From Selaginella moellendorffii (lineage: Eukaryota > Plantae > Lycopodiophyta): DNA of 64,000 nucleotides. The notes below the pieces were generated by a model, which was not told where the DNA came from, searched no databases, and worked only from the letters and a program-made list of their open reading frames with translations. The stretch spans positions 124,001-188,000 of the forward strand of contig NW_003314315.1 of assembly GCF_000143415.4 (NCBI RefSeq). The letters run 5' to 3'. This document shows positions 12,653-24,058 of the stretch, in pieces. The number at the start of each line of letters is the position of its first letter. The stretch's first letter is position 1. The position numbers and the translations under genes were made by a program.

Positions 12653-14060
12653 CCGGTTGTGGAAGTTTAGTCGACGCCAACGGAGTCTTGATCCAGCCTA
12701 CTTTGATGTCCTAGAACACGATGATTCTAGCTTATGCCGTGAATGGTGAAGGCGGGCTGGATTTGGAGTTATTTGTGGAGGCTTCATGCCGAATCGAGTT
12801 ACTTTCCTTGCGACTGTAAAAGCTTGTGCGGCTTGTACAGCGGATACAACGGACAGTCTAAGGAAATCGGTGGAAAGATGGTGAAACTTACGTGCTTGGA
12901 GCTTCACTCGGAGGCAATGAAGTACGGTTGCATGTAGGATCACTTCCTGGCGAACAGTTTGATCTTCGTCTACTCGGAGTGTGGAAGCTTGACGGATTCT
13001 CAGGCTATGTGAGAACGAGGTGAAGCTGCTCTTGAGCTGTTTGGAGAATGCAAGAACAAGGGTGGACTACAAATCACGTGACTTATCTTGCAGCACTAAA
13101 GGCCTGTTTAAGCGTGGTAGCAAAGGTGGTCGGCGAACAGGTGGAAGGGAATCAAGGCTGTTGTTTCGAGAGAGTGAAAGCTATACACTCTCTAGCTGCA
13201 AATGCTGGTTTTCGTGGCGAGCAGCCTGGTGGACGCCTACGCAAAGTGTGGGAACATCGAGTATGGTCGTCAAGCTTTCGACAGGATCAAGGGTCGCAAC
13301 TTGGTGCTGTGGATTCTCGGCTATGCCGAGAACGGGGACGGAGAATCAGCTCTCGAGCTCTTCGGCCGCATGCAAACAAGGGACAGGATTCTACCAGACG
13401 CTCGAAGCTACGTTGCGGTTCTCAAGGACTGTGCTAGTGCTCCAATAAGAAACGAGGCTCGCAAGCCGGAGTTCTTGCTTAAAGGCAGAGACATCCACTC
13501 CAGAGCTGTGAACAGCGGGCTTGAGAGAACAGCGACAAAGGTGACGCAGTCTGGAGAGCAGCGGCCAGAGTTCCAGAGCAATGCTGCTCTCGCCGTTTTC
13601 CTGATAGCCCGTGATCATTGCCGTCCAGGAAACTGTGTCTCGCCTGTCGAAAACTTGGCGAGCTTCTTCCAGGCTGCCACACTTGACGTACATGTCCACC
13701 AGGCAGCTCGCGACGAACAAGGCTTGTGGAAGCCTCGCAGCTATGGCAACAGGCAGAGAAAAGATCCGCAGCGCTCGACTCGACACGGACCCTTTGGTGG
13801 ATTTCTACGGCAAGTGCGGCAGCATGGTGGCAGCCGAGCGAGAGTTTGCCAGTCTCACTGACAGCAGGATACAGCCATCAAGGAAACACCGGCAAGGTGT
13901 TTGAATCGTTCGAGAAGCAAGCCGGATGCTGTGACTTTCCTCTCGGTTCTCACGGCTTGCAGCCATGCCGGACAGGTCGAACGAGGCAGAGAGCTCTTCA
14001 AGACAATTTGGATGGCGGTCCTGGCGGCGTGTGTGAAATGGAAGAATATGGAGTTTGACT
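12653..14060 (+). pseudogene. PLS-class PPR pseudogene in the spacer of the inverted repeat; 12653-13620 is an inverted copy of ~7622-8647
   Basis: FVASSLVDAYAKCGNIEYGRQAFDRI, LVDFYGKCGSM and KPDAVTFLSVLTACSHAGQVERG, with frameshifts. Confidence 0.85.
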
Positions 14061-14327
14061 ATCTATGCGGCTGCGGGGAGGTTCTAGAACCAATATTTAT
14101 ACATTTTTTCAAGCGATGCTACCTGAGATAGAATGATTGAACAAAGAAGACGAAAACAAACAAATCATCAACCTGGTGTGCATAAAACCCCAGTGTTAGC
14201 GAAGAAATGATAGCAACATCTAGGAGACTAGTTGCGAAGAAATCGAGTTAATCACAACATTAAAGGAAAATGTAAATAAACACTAATTTTGATTTAAGTC
14301 AAAGATTAGGGAAAAGGTACGCAGCAT

Positions 14328-14334
14328 TATAAAA
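14328..14334 (+). promoter_or_regulatory. TATA box of RING gene copy 2
   Basis: TATAAAA lies ~40 nt upstream of the ATG at 14373 and is mirrored in the other arm. Confidence 0.55.
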
Positions 14335-14372
14335 ACAGGGGCGAGAGCTTTCTAGGTATTCACTCATTTTCA

Positions 14373-15092
14373 ATGGCGTTTTCTCGGTGCAACGGTGCTA
14401 CGAACACAGTGTGTCCTCCGGGCCTCCCACCAGCTCTCTTTGAAGAAGTTAAGGCGACCTTGGCTTCCTTGGGCTACAATAGCGGCAATCCAGTTCCTCA
14501 CAACAGCCCCCGCCTCTTCTTCAATAGCGCCTCAAACAACTTCCCTTTAGCAGCAAACGTCTGGCAGCAGCAACAACAACAAGACATCAACAATCTTTCG
14601 GCCAACTCTTTCCAAATCTCGTCACCCCAGTATCCCAAGGTCACGGTCTTGGGCATGGGCAGGAGCTGGCTTTTCGACTTGGGCTCCCCAGTGGATCTCA
14701 TCCTCACGACGATCCGTGGGGATTTGGGCAATTTCAAAGGAAGGCTCGTGCTGGAAGCGGTGAGAGACGGCTTCCCTCCCATCAAGTACGTGCTCGGGGC
14801 CAAGGTCACGGCTATGGCGGAAGGGTGGCAGCTCGTCGTACGCTGTACGGTGCCAAAGCCGTATGCCAGCTACAGGATAAGTACGTTGATGGATCCCAAG
14901 TGTAGTGTCTGTGGGGAGGGGCCGAGAACGAAAGCGCTGCTGCCGTGCCACCATCTCATGTGTGAGGAGTGCGCAGTGCAAATGGCGACGATCCAGAAAA
15001 AGTGCCCGATTTGCAACGTGTGGATCAAGTCGTGTACGGTAGACGTGGCGGAGGCGTACGAACCCGTGATTAAGGAATGGCAAAGGGATTAA
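14373..15092 (+). CDS. Intronless C3HC4 RING-finger protein, 239 aa (copy 2)
   Basis: Protein identical to copy 1 except V->L in ALVPC/ALLPC. Confidence 0.8.
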   Translation: MAFSRCNGATNTVCPPGLPPALFEEVKATLASLGYNSGNPVPHNSPRLFFNSASNNFPLAANVWQQQQQQDINNLSANSFQISSPQYPKVTVLGMGRSWLFDLGSPVDLILTTIRGDLGNFKGRLVLEAVRDGFPPIKYVLGAKVTAMAEGWQLVVRCTVPKPYASYRISTLMDPKCSVCGEGPRTKALLPCHHLMCEECAVQMATIQKKCPICNVWIKSCTVDVAEAYEPVIKEWQRD

Positions 15093-16060
15093 ACTCCTTA
15101 AAAGTGAGAAAAAGACAAAAATGAAAACTTGCATTATGGAATTAAAATTTTGACCAGATAATTACATGGCTTCGTAGCAATCACAAAAAAACGCAAGAAA
15201 TTGGACCTTGTTTTGATAAACACATGGCTCCTCTTCAAGAAGCTTTGCATCTGCATGTATATCTCACAAACTTGGTTATAACTCTCTTAGTCTTGCAATC
15301 CCATGTGCTAATAAAATTCTCCTCTTCTTGGCAATTCAAGCCTATTACAGGTAGTGGTCCAGGTAATAAGAACATTGCTACCACTTTTGTACACATTTTA
15401 ATGCTGATTTAAACATGGATTGTAAACATGCAGAGAGGATGTCTTAGTGTTAAAGGGCACCTGCTGGATGGCTAATTGCAGCAGCTACCCAAGAATGCTT
15501 ATGCATCATCAAAAGCTAGTGATGAGATTCTTAACAAGGCCTTTTTAAGGGTGCAATATATGAACAAACAAAAACAACGTTATGTGGTCATTTTTTTTAA
15601 TCTTTAATGTGTAGAAACATAGAATATGCTCCGTAAGTTAGTGTGAACCACTTTGTATATAATTTCATTGCTCAATCTCGCAAATATTTATATGATGTAG
15701 GGTTTCAGTTCTAAGGGTTTCAATAGTCATTAGAATTGGTAAAAAAAAAAACATGAAAACATGCCAATGTATATACATTTTATTACTCATTTTAAAATAA
15801 AAACGTTGTCAAAATTACTCTTAAAATAAAAATATATTATTTTTATTTTAAAAAATAATACGCATTTAAATAATATAATTATAAGTATAATATTTTATTA
15901 TAACTATTAATTAAAAATATGATCCTTATATCTGCATCCAGACTTTCTGACGATCTGGAGCAATTAGCAGCCTTTAATCTACAGTACCGTAACGACATCG
16001 GTCAGGCTAATCTTTTCTGCTTTGGCATTAGTACAGACACAAAAACTTTCGAAGACGGAT

Positions 16061-18349
16061 TCAGAAGGCAAACTTCCGCTTCTTGTTCACACTCACCTCC
16101 TCGTATCGAAGGACGTCCTCCACAGGATCAAAATAATTAGGTTTACACACTTCACCATCAAACTTGCACCCCTCGATGTCATTGACCATCTCGACACCCT
16201 TGGGAATCTCCATCTCCTCTGCACATGGAACGGGTGCAGTGTACCGCAGCAACACTTTGCACTGGCGAATACCTGCATTGTTCATTCCATAAGTATGAGC
16301 AGCTATGAAACGCATATATAACGAACCTTTCACAGCTTGTTTAGTTACCCTACGGGACTTGTCGCGGTAGCTCTGGAAGCCGAACCCGTCATAGTTCGAC
16401 TCCGCCAGGAAGAAGCAGAGTACAAACTCATCCGGCTTACTAGTCCCGCCATAGATATCGTTCCATGCACGGAGAGCACCGATATGTGTTTTAAGAGCTT
16501 CTGTCGATACTGGATGGCGTGGTGCTACAGTTGGTTGCGCCAGCGTCCTAGGAAGAATAGTGTAGTCCACAGCCCCATCATTCTTGATCAATGGCCTCCA
16601 AACATACTGGATAGCATCTGCACCTGCCATCATTCGCAATTAGCCAAACAATGTTAAGTGATCTCAGCGCTAACTCACCGGCCTCCAGTAAAGCAGCTTT
16701 CAGATCTCCTTCGTAATATCGCAACAGCCGCCTTGGTTCCAAATGCTCTTCTCTTTTCATGCTCTTACAGGACGAACACTGCCAAAATACTTCCAGCTCC
16801 TGCTTCTTAGTAACTCTGGTACAGCTAAAGTGGTAGCACTGCTGGCAAACATCGCATGCAATCCACTTTCCTCGGTATTTTCCTCGGGAAGGATCTTCAC
16901 GCGATTTACATTTGCTACAGTGCTTATCACCGACCTACAGCGACAAGACTTTGTAAATGTAAGAAACTAACAGTAACTCACCATAAGCACCACGGTATGC
17001 GTAGCTCCGTGCAATACATAAGCAATGGAAAGCTCCTCAAAAACAAAGCCTCGAAGCACCCCGTATTTAGGAATGTCCGACCAAGTCCGCATGAAGAACT
17101 CCAGGTCTATTGCTTTCATCCTCGTCAGAGCAAGAGTGAACTGGGCCTGGACTTTAACACTGCAAAAGTCAAGGTAGTACTCACGGAATGAAGAGCTCGC
17201 AGCCGGCTTCCGGAAATGTAACAGAGCCCGAGATATTTTCTGCCCTTGAGCTTTCTGTTTGAGGCACTCCAATAGCTGGCCGAGGTCCGTCCTAGACAAC
17301 GAGTCTCTCACGAATTCTTCCGGGTTCAATCTCTGGAAGTCATCAGACCAAAGCAAGCGCACAACGCCTCCGAACCATTTGTAGTATTCTGGAGCAGCTC
17401 TGACACGCTCGAAGCCGTCCTGCACCTGTTGCTCGAACGCCTGGATAAGTACCTTAAGATCGAAAGCTAACCCCGTTGCTGTCTCACTTTGAGTCTCGAC
17501 ATGTTTCTGCAGCATTTTCTCTACTCGTTCTTTCACCGCGGGAACTTTAGCCAAATCTGCTGGGCCAGCAAGCATGATACTTGCTCCAAAGTCGTATTCC
17601 ATGTTTGCCCACTTCTCAAGACTGCGAAGCGTTTTCTTCAGAGTTTCCAGCTCACTCGCAAGTTTCTCGTAGTGGATCCTCCACAAGTCCACCAACGCCG
17701 CGTACTCATCTTCCTCCCACGGGTACATGTACATGACAGTCTTCTTCCGATCGGGTTTGGCAGCTTTAACGTTTTCCTCGGCTGGCGAAGCCGCAAGTAA
17801 TACAACGGGTCCGATAGCACCATCTGTGGGGACTTTCTGATTTATCAGATGCCACGACGCTTTGGCAAACGTGGCCGCGGTGAAGCTGTCGCGCTTTGCC
17901 ACACGGACCGCAGTGCCTTTGAACTCCCATACGAAGCCAGCAGACTCGTAGAGAATGTGCAGCTCCAGCTTGACTTTGGAATCTCTCAACTCTATAGCGG
18001 TTCTGATGATGAAGTACCAAAGGAACGCTGACTTGCCCACACCCGAATTCCCGTTTATGTGGCAAATCCAGTCGTTGGCAGAAAACCCAGACTCTGAGCA
18101 GATCTGGCAAAATAAGGAGTCAAACATCCTCCTTACGTACAAGCTGGACAGTCTCTTGTCTGCCGAGACCGAGATGGGATTAAACATCTTGATAACCTTG
18201 CCCGCTGCAATGTCCTCCCGCTTCAAACTCCAGACATAGCTCCACCAAGACTGTAGCGATTCCAGCTCTGCGGCGAGCGCACACAAATCAGGCAACGAAC
18301 ATAGCCCAGCTACACTCCACTTACCGTCTGGCCCCAACTCAGCGCTCAT
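16061..18349 (-). CDS. Crinkler/RHS (CR)-type P-loop NTPase plus PD-(D/E)xK-like REase protein with an inserted PHD finger. Exons 18349-16982, 16934-16679, 16623-16061 (probable in-frame 54-nt intron 16273-16326; 3' end uncertain)
   Basis: NTPase region: LYVRR..F, GNSGVGKS (Walker A), YMYPW, WFGGVVR, SRALLH..YYLDFCS, GVLRGFVFE. PHD exon: CSKC..WIACDVCQQCYHFSC..WQCSSC. REase core: WRPLIKNDGAVDYTILPRTLAQPTVAPRHPV..FVLCFFL. GT-AG introns of 47 and 55 nt join the frames correctly. Confidence 0.8.
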
Positions 18350-18452
18350 CCTGTGCCAACTTCAAAGTTGATTTGACCTGTTGTTAGCTTTAGGGTTTGT
18401 TATAAGACGCATCTTTCTAGAATCTAGGGTTTAAAGAGACGATAGCGGAAGA

Positions 18453-18532
18453 AATCAAGCTAGGAATCGATCGATCGATCCACACAATGCGGTTGAGGTG
18501 AAGGCGTGGATCGTCTCGATCGCCCCCTCCAT
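18453..18532 (-). pseudogene. Deleted remnant of the nucleotidyltransferase gene's first exon and intron
   Basis: aatcaagctaggaatcgatcgatcgatccacacaatgcgg and gtggatcg.ctcgatcgcc are shared with 6636-6770. Confidence 0.8.
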
Positions 18533-18563
18533 CGAACTGGAACAACCCTAGAATATTTCAGCT

Positions 18564-21500
18564 ATGGATGCCGAGCTCCGGGAGCTGGAGCGCCTGTTCG
18601 AGGCGGCGCAGCAGGCCAAGCCGACCGCGCGGCTCTCAGAGCGCAGCGTTGTGGAGCTCGTCGTCAAGCTCCAGCAGCTGGGAATCCTCGATGCCGATCT
18701 CTTGCACACCGTCTCCGGCAAGGAGTACATCACTCAGGTATGGCTCCTCATCCAAGGATTCCTCCAATCCGGAAATATTTCGGCAGGATCGCTTGCGGCA
18801 GGAGATGGAGGCCGAGATCAATCGCCTGGGCCGTGTCTCGCTCGTGGATTTGGCGTCCTTGGTCGGCGTCGATCTCTTCCATTGCGAGCGCCAGGCCGAC
18901 CAGATCGTGAGCAGCTCGCCGGAGCTCATGCTCGTGCAAGGCGAGGTGGTCTCGACCAAGTACTGGGATAATCTGGCGGAGGAGGTGAACGAGACTTTGC
19001 AAGAGGCCAGCCAAGTCTCTCTCGGAGAGCTTGCAAGACGGTATGGTGTTGGAGCGGAGCTCTTGACTGGGATGCTCTCGTCCCGGATAGGTACCATTGT
19101 AAGAAGCGTGTTCTTGGATTTTTGGTAGATCATCTAAGGCTGGAACTTTTTTCTTTTCTTTTTTCTCGATAGATTCACGCGAAGTTGGAAGGAGGCCAAC
19201 TCTATACTCCAGCATACGTTGCTCGAGTGAAAGCCACGGTTCGCGGAGCTTTGAGAGCCATCACAGTGCCTACGTCCTTGCAAAGTGTGTGGAACCTTTT
19301 GCAAGGTTTGCTTCGAGATAGAGACGATGGTGGTAATGTCACTGGAGAGCACAGCTTGTTTCATATGGTGTTGAACGAGCTTGTCGCGGAGGAAGCGGTG
19401 AAAGGTACTCTTCGTGGATCAGTCTGGACACCAGCGGTAAGAACACTCTTTTCTCTTTTCAGAGATTAACTATTCTATGGTGTCAGGTGTTCGCTCACTC
19501 GCAACGTGAAAGTGTTGAAGCATTCTATTCTCAGGTGCTCTGCTTGGTTTGTCTCTCTTTATACAAGCTTATTCATGTTTGAGTTTCAGAACTCCTACAT
19601 TACTTATGATGCTCTTCAGAAGCTTAACATCTCTCAGCCCAGGCAATACTTGCAGGTAAGTTATCTCACATGTCCTTTCGCTTATTAATTTTGCTTCAGA
19701 CTAAATATCCAGAAGGCATCGCTTTGGACAATGTATTTGTTCACAATTCCTTCATAAGTTTGCTGGATTCAGCTGCGGAAGAGTCAGTCAAAGGGGGAGG
19801 ATGGTAATTCGAATTCGGCTAGGCTATGTACAAATGAAATGGTTCTTTCAGGTTGGATGCCCTTGACGTCCTTCCATCAACTTTTGGATGCTCAGATTCT
19901 GGAAAGCTGCTACTTTTGTGCCCATTCGTACAACGAGCGTTGAAGGTACATTATGACTGGGAGCCTTATTTGGAGTTTACATTGTATATGTCGATTTACA
20001 GGATTCAACAGCGACCCTTGTGGCCGAAACATGCATCGTCGGTACAGGCTTTGTAAAGGTCTCTAGTTAAGTGGCTGCCATCATTTTCTAACTCGATGAA
20101 TTTGGACAGGCACTGCTGGAAAAGTTTCAAAATATGTTACGAGAGATTCAAGACAAAACATTTTCGACGCTTGAAGTGAAACTCGAAGCGGAACCTGAGC
20201 CTGAGCTGGACGAGAATGAAACAAAGCCGTTTGCTTCAAGATCGAAGAAGAACGACAAGAAGCAAAAGGATAATAGTATCCGAAAAGAAGAAGAAAACGA
20301 AGAAAAGTCGGGGAAAAGTAAGAAGAAGACAGCAAGACACAAGTCAAGCAAGACACCATCTGTTAAAGAAGCAGTGCCTTCAAAGGCGAGAAAGGGCTCT
20401 CCTGCGGACGAGATGGATCTTTTGGCTGAAGAGAAGCTATCAAAGAAAATCATCGAATGGTATCCAGACCTTGAGGCTGATGGAACAGGTATCGTCCATC
20501 TGTAAATCCACTTCTAACTCTGACCGAGCAACATTGTGTGCAGAGGATGGCGATACAGGTGTTCTTGCAAAATGTTTGGCTGATCAACTGCGACCACAGT
20601 TGATCTCATACATGACGTCCCTCAAGCGTGCTTATCTTGGAGCGAACACAGAGGAGAGGAGAAAACGGATAGATGCACTGCAGCGCAAAATTGATGAGGT
20701 TGTATTTCTGTATGTTTTGGAAATTTCTGATATATCTGCAACAGGATTATGCTAATCTGCAGCTGTTCTCAAAGGCAATAGAGCTGTTTGAAGATGACAA
20801 GGGAATGGAAGTCGGTATTGCTGAGCTCTTTTATTACAGGCTAACAATAGATATTTGCAGGCTGTCTTGCACAAGCATCTGTTGCGTTCAACTGCTTCCG
20901 AAATAGCGGATGTTTTCCTAGAAACACAGGTTTTACCGAAATTCAATTGAGCACTTATGATTCTTATTGTATCCATTTGCAGGCTTTGGAACATAGGATA
21001 GAAAATGCCGAAAGTGCTGGAGCTCAACCTTGCAAGCCATTTTCGATGGCAGTGAGGATGTCCCTGGTATGATAGTCCCTGTGGTGACACTGACTCATCT
21101 TATCTTATCAGGCCAAAAATCTACCTGAACCTCTCTCCTCTGCAGCAACTGAGATGGTGGCGTCTCTGGAAGGAAAGGTGTGCTTTAATATCTACCATAT
21201 CCATATCCGCTGTCACTAACACGAGAGAAATCTTCCTAGAACATTGGAGCATTTGATTCTGCTCTTGAAGCGAGCGTCACGGAAAGGTACGCAAACTGGG
21301 CGAATTATAAATGCTAAATGCCTCCAGTTGGGTGTTCTTGTAGTGGGCTACGTGTGAGAAAGCTTGACAAGAAGGGAGAACGATCATTGTTCTTTGCATA
21401 TCGAAAGGTTAGCGATATGGTTGTAGCAAAATTGGCAACGACAAGTCCTTTTTATCCAGAGCCTCTCAGAACAAGTGAACCAAGAACAAGATCCCATCGC

Positions 21501-21935
21501 TCTCCTGCCAAAAGTGGTCGCTTTGCTATACGTCCAGGTGAATATTCCCCACTTTCTCCAGTCTTACAAATTCTAGTACTTACTTTGAAAGGTCCACGGC
21601 CGCGCCCTCCAAGCTCCCGGTCGAGCAATGTCGTCGGCGGTGTCTCGACTAAAGGTACGGCCTTTGATTAAAGACTGTTTCTTCGCGGCTACATAACTCG
21701 CCGTGACTGTAGAGCGCAATCCCTGACAAGGCATTTAGTACACTGGATCAGTATCTTTCGGAAACAGTCTCGTTGCTATCCAGCAGCGCCACTGATGTAC
21801 GCTATAATCTTCCAGCTGGTCCACTTTCTCACACCGCTGTACCTGCAGGATTCCAAAAAGGCTCGTCTCGCGGAGCGCATGGATGAGCTGAGAGCATTAA
21901 CTCGCACCACCAAAGACACCAAAGATAAGATATAA
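18564..21935 (+). CDS. UFL1: E3 UFM1-protein ligase 1, multi-exon
   Basis: MDAELRELERLFEAAQQAKPTARLSERSVVELVVKLQQLG..LLHTVSGKEYIT|DRLRQEMEAEINRLGRVSLVDLA, then EGGQLYTPAYVARV, VHGRALQAPGR, and a stop at 21933-21935. Confidence 0.93.
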
Positions 21936-22542
21936 ATGGCGACGCTACAAAGCCTGATTTACGAGTTTTCCTTCGATCTTAAAGAAGGTAAGCTCGTTTG
22001 TTACCTGTGAGGACAAAGTAGTAGCTGTGTGATTGATTGATTTGTGGCTCTTTTAGCGCAGGCTCACAGAGAGAAGAGGAAGGAATCTATGTCCAGTTTT
22101 TTTATCGCGTCTCCCAGAAAAACGAGCGATCAAATGCGATCGACCGCGCTCTCGTTTTTTTCCTCCGAGCCAAGCAAGCGCCAGACCAGGAAGCTCCTCT
22201 TTGACGAATTTAATTCTCACTTGCGAGCTGGGCTGGGAAAAAAAGAAGAAAACATCCTTGTCTCCAACCGCATTAAATGTACCAGCAAATGAGAGATTCC
22301 GGGATTGTTTGAATCCTGACCGTCGATCTTGTGAACTCTTCTGGAACGGAATGTCGCGGCTGCCGTAAATTCCGGCGCGAAATCTCAAATCCCGCCGTTA
22401 ACATTCCATTCCAACTCTCAGAGATATAAATTTGGAATGGGGGGAAGCGTAGAGCAGTGGCAGCGAGGGCGATAGCGGTAACGATCGTTCCAAAATCTCG
22501 ATCGCAGTCCAGGGTTGGAGTCTGATTGGAGAGCTCATGATC

Positions 22543-23944
22543 ATGGGGCTTGTGGATCTGGTCACAGGGAGGAGGGGTCCGAGCGGCTTTGGATCCTCCT
22601 CCACTGCCGAGGATGTCACCAACGGAATCGACGCCAGCAATCTCACTATCCTCATCACGGGTAATGGTTTCTCGTCTGGCCAGGATGGAAATTTCCACAT
22701 CCGTTGCTCCATTGCGTGCTTCTCCAGGTGGCGCTAGCGGCATTGGGGCCGAGGCATCTCGTGTTCTTGCGATGCGCGGCGCCAGGGTTGTGATCGCCGC
22801 CAGGAATCTCACCGCGGCGAGCGAGGTGAAGAATGCGATCTTGGCGGAATATCCCAAGGCCAGAATAGAATGTTTGAAGATCGATCTCAGCTCTTTGTCG
22901 TCGGTGAGGAGCTTTGCGGCGGAGTTCTTGGCCACGAAGCTGCCGCTCAACATTCTCATGTAAGTTCCTTTGTTTCGAAAATTCCTTCTTTGTTTCTTTA
23001 ATATGCTTGTTCTTTTCCTCCTCCTAGAAACAATGCGGGAATTATGATGATTCCTTACGAGCTCTCTCCCGACGGCATTGAAATGCAATTCGCTACAAAC
23101 CATCTGGGTATGCGCCATGGAATTTTTCGGGAGTCTTGACTCTTTTCTTTTCATTTGTTTGTGATGTCTAGGCCATTTTCTTCTCACAAACTTGCTCCTG
23201 GACAAAATGAAGGAGACCGCCAAGGAAAGTGGCATCCAGGGAAGAATTGTCAATCTCTCGTCCATCGCGCACATCGCCTCTTACAGCGGTGGAATCCAGT
23301 TCTCACACCTTAATGACAAAGCCTGGTACACCAAACGACTCTCTTTTCTCGTGAGCTTACATTCTTCCTTTATTCTTCCAAAAGGTACTCCGACACTAGA
23401 GCATACAGTCAATCCAAGCTCGCGAACATCCTCCACGCCAAAGAACTGGCAATGAGATTCAAGGTATTCGTCTAATGCTTTGAAATCTCTCCCACCTTTC
23501 TCTTTTGCTGATTAGGCCGAAGGAGTTGACATCACAGCCAATGCTGTTCATCCAGGGTTTATAATGACGCCTTTGATGCGGCACACATTCTACATAATGA
23601 GTTTGTCTCTTTAACTCGTCATTGTTTTCGGTTACTTATGGAACTCTGATCTTTTTGCAGGGGTTCTCAAGTTCTTCTCCAGCTTCCTTTGGAAAAATGT
23701 GCCGCAGGTAAGAAGAATTCTCCCAATTATCTGGAAGTCTTTTGTGACTAATACGTGATCGATCTCTCAGGGCGCTGCTACGACGTGCTACGCGGCTCTA
23801 CATCCAAGCCTCAAGGACGTCACCGGACAATACTTCGTGGATTCCAACAAATCGAACTGTAGCGCTTATGGCAGAGATCCCGAGCTCGCTCACAAGCTAT
23901 GGACCTTCTCCCAGGAGCTTATAGACAAGCATTCTCCTTCCTAA
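22543..23944 (+). CDS. Short-chain dehydrogenase/reductase, TIC32-like, multi-exon
   Basis: [41 protein letters not shown] (YxxxK) and [12 protein letters not shown]. Confidence 0.92.
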
Positions 23945-24058
23945 AGGCAAAAGGCTGATGGTGCTAGAGAGCGAGCGAGCGAGCAAACGAGGACAACTCG
24001 ACAGTGGTTTGTGGATAGACTGTATTTACTCTTCTCGAAAGCTCGAGCTCGAGCTTGA

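Larger units (their letters stand above)
13961..17566. repeat. Right arm of the large inverted duplication
   Basis: Reverse complement of 9058-12652. Confidence 0.9.

Noticed and set aside
22273-23274. 333-aa minus-strand ORF
   Set aside because: Antisense shadow of the SDR gene, with no motifs.
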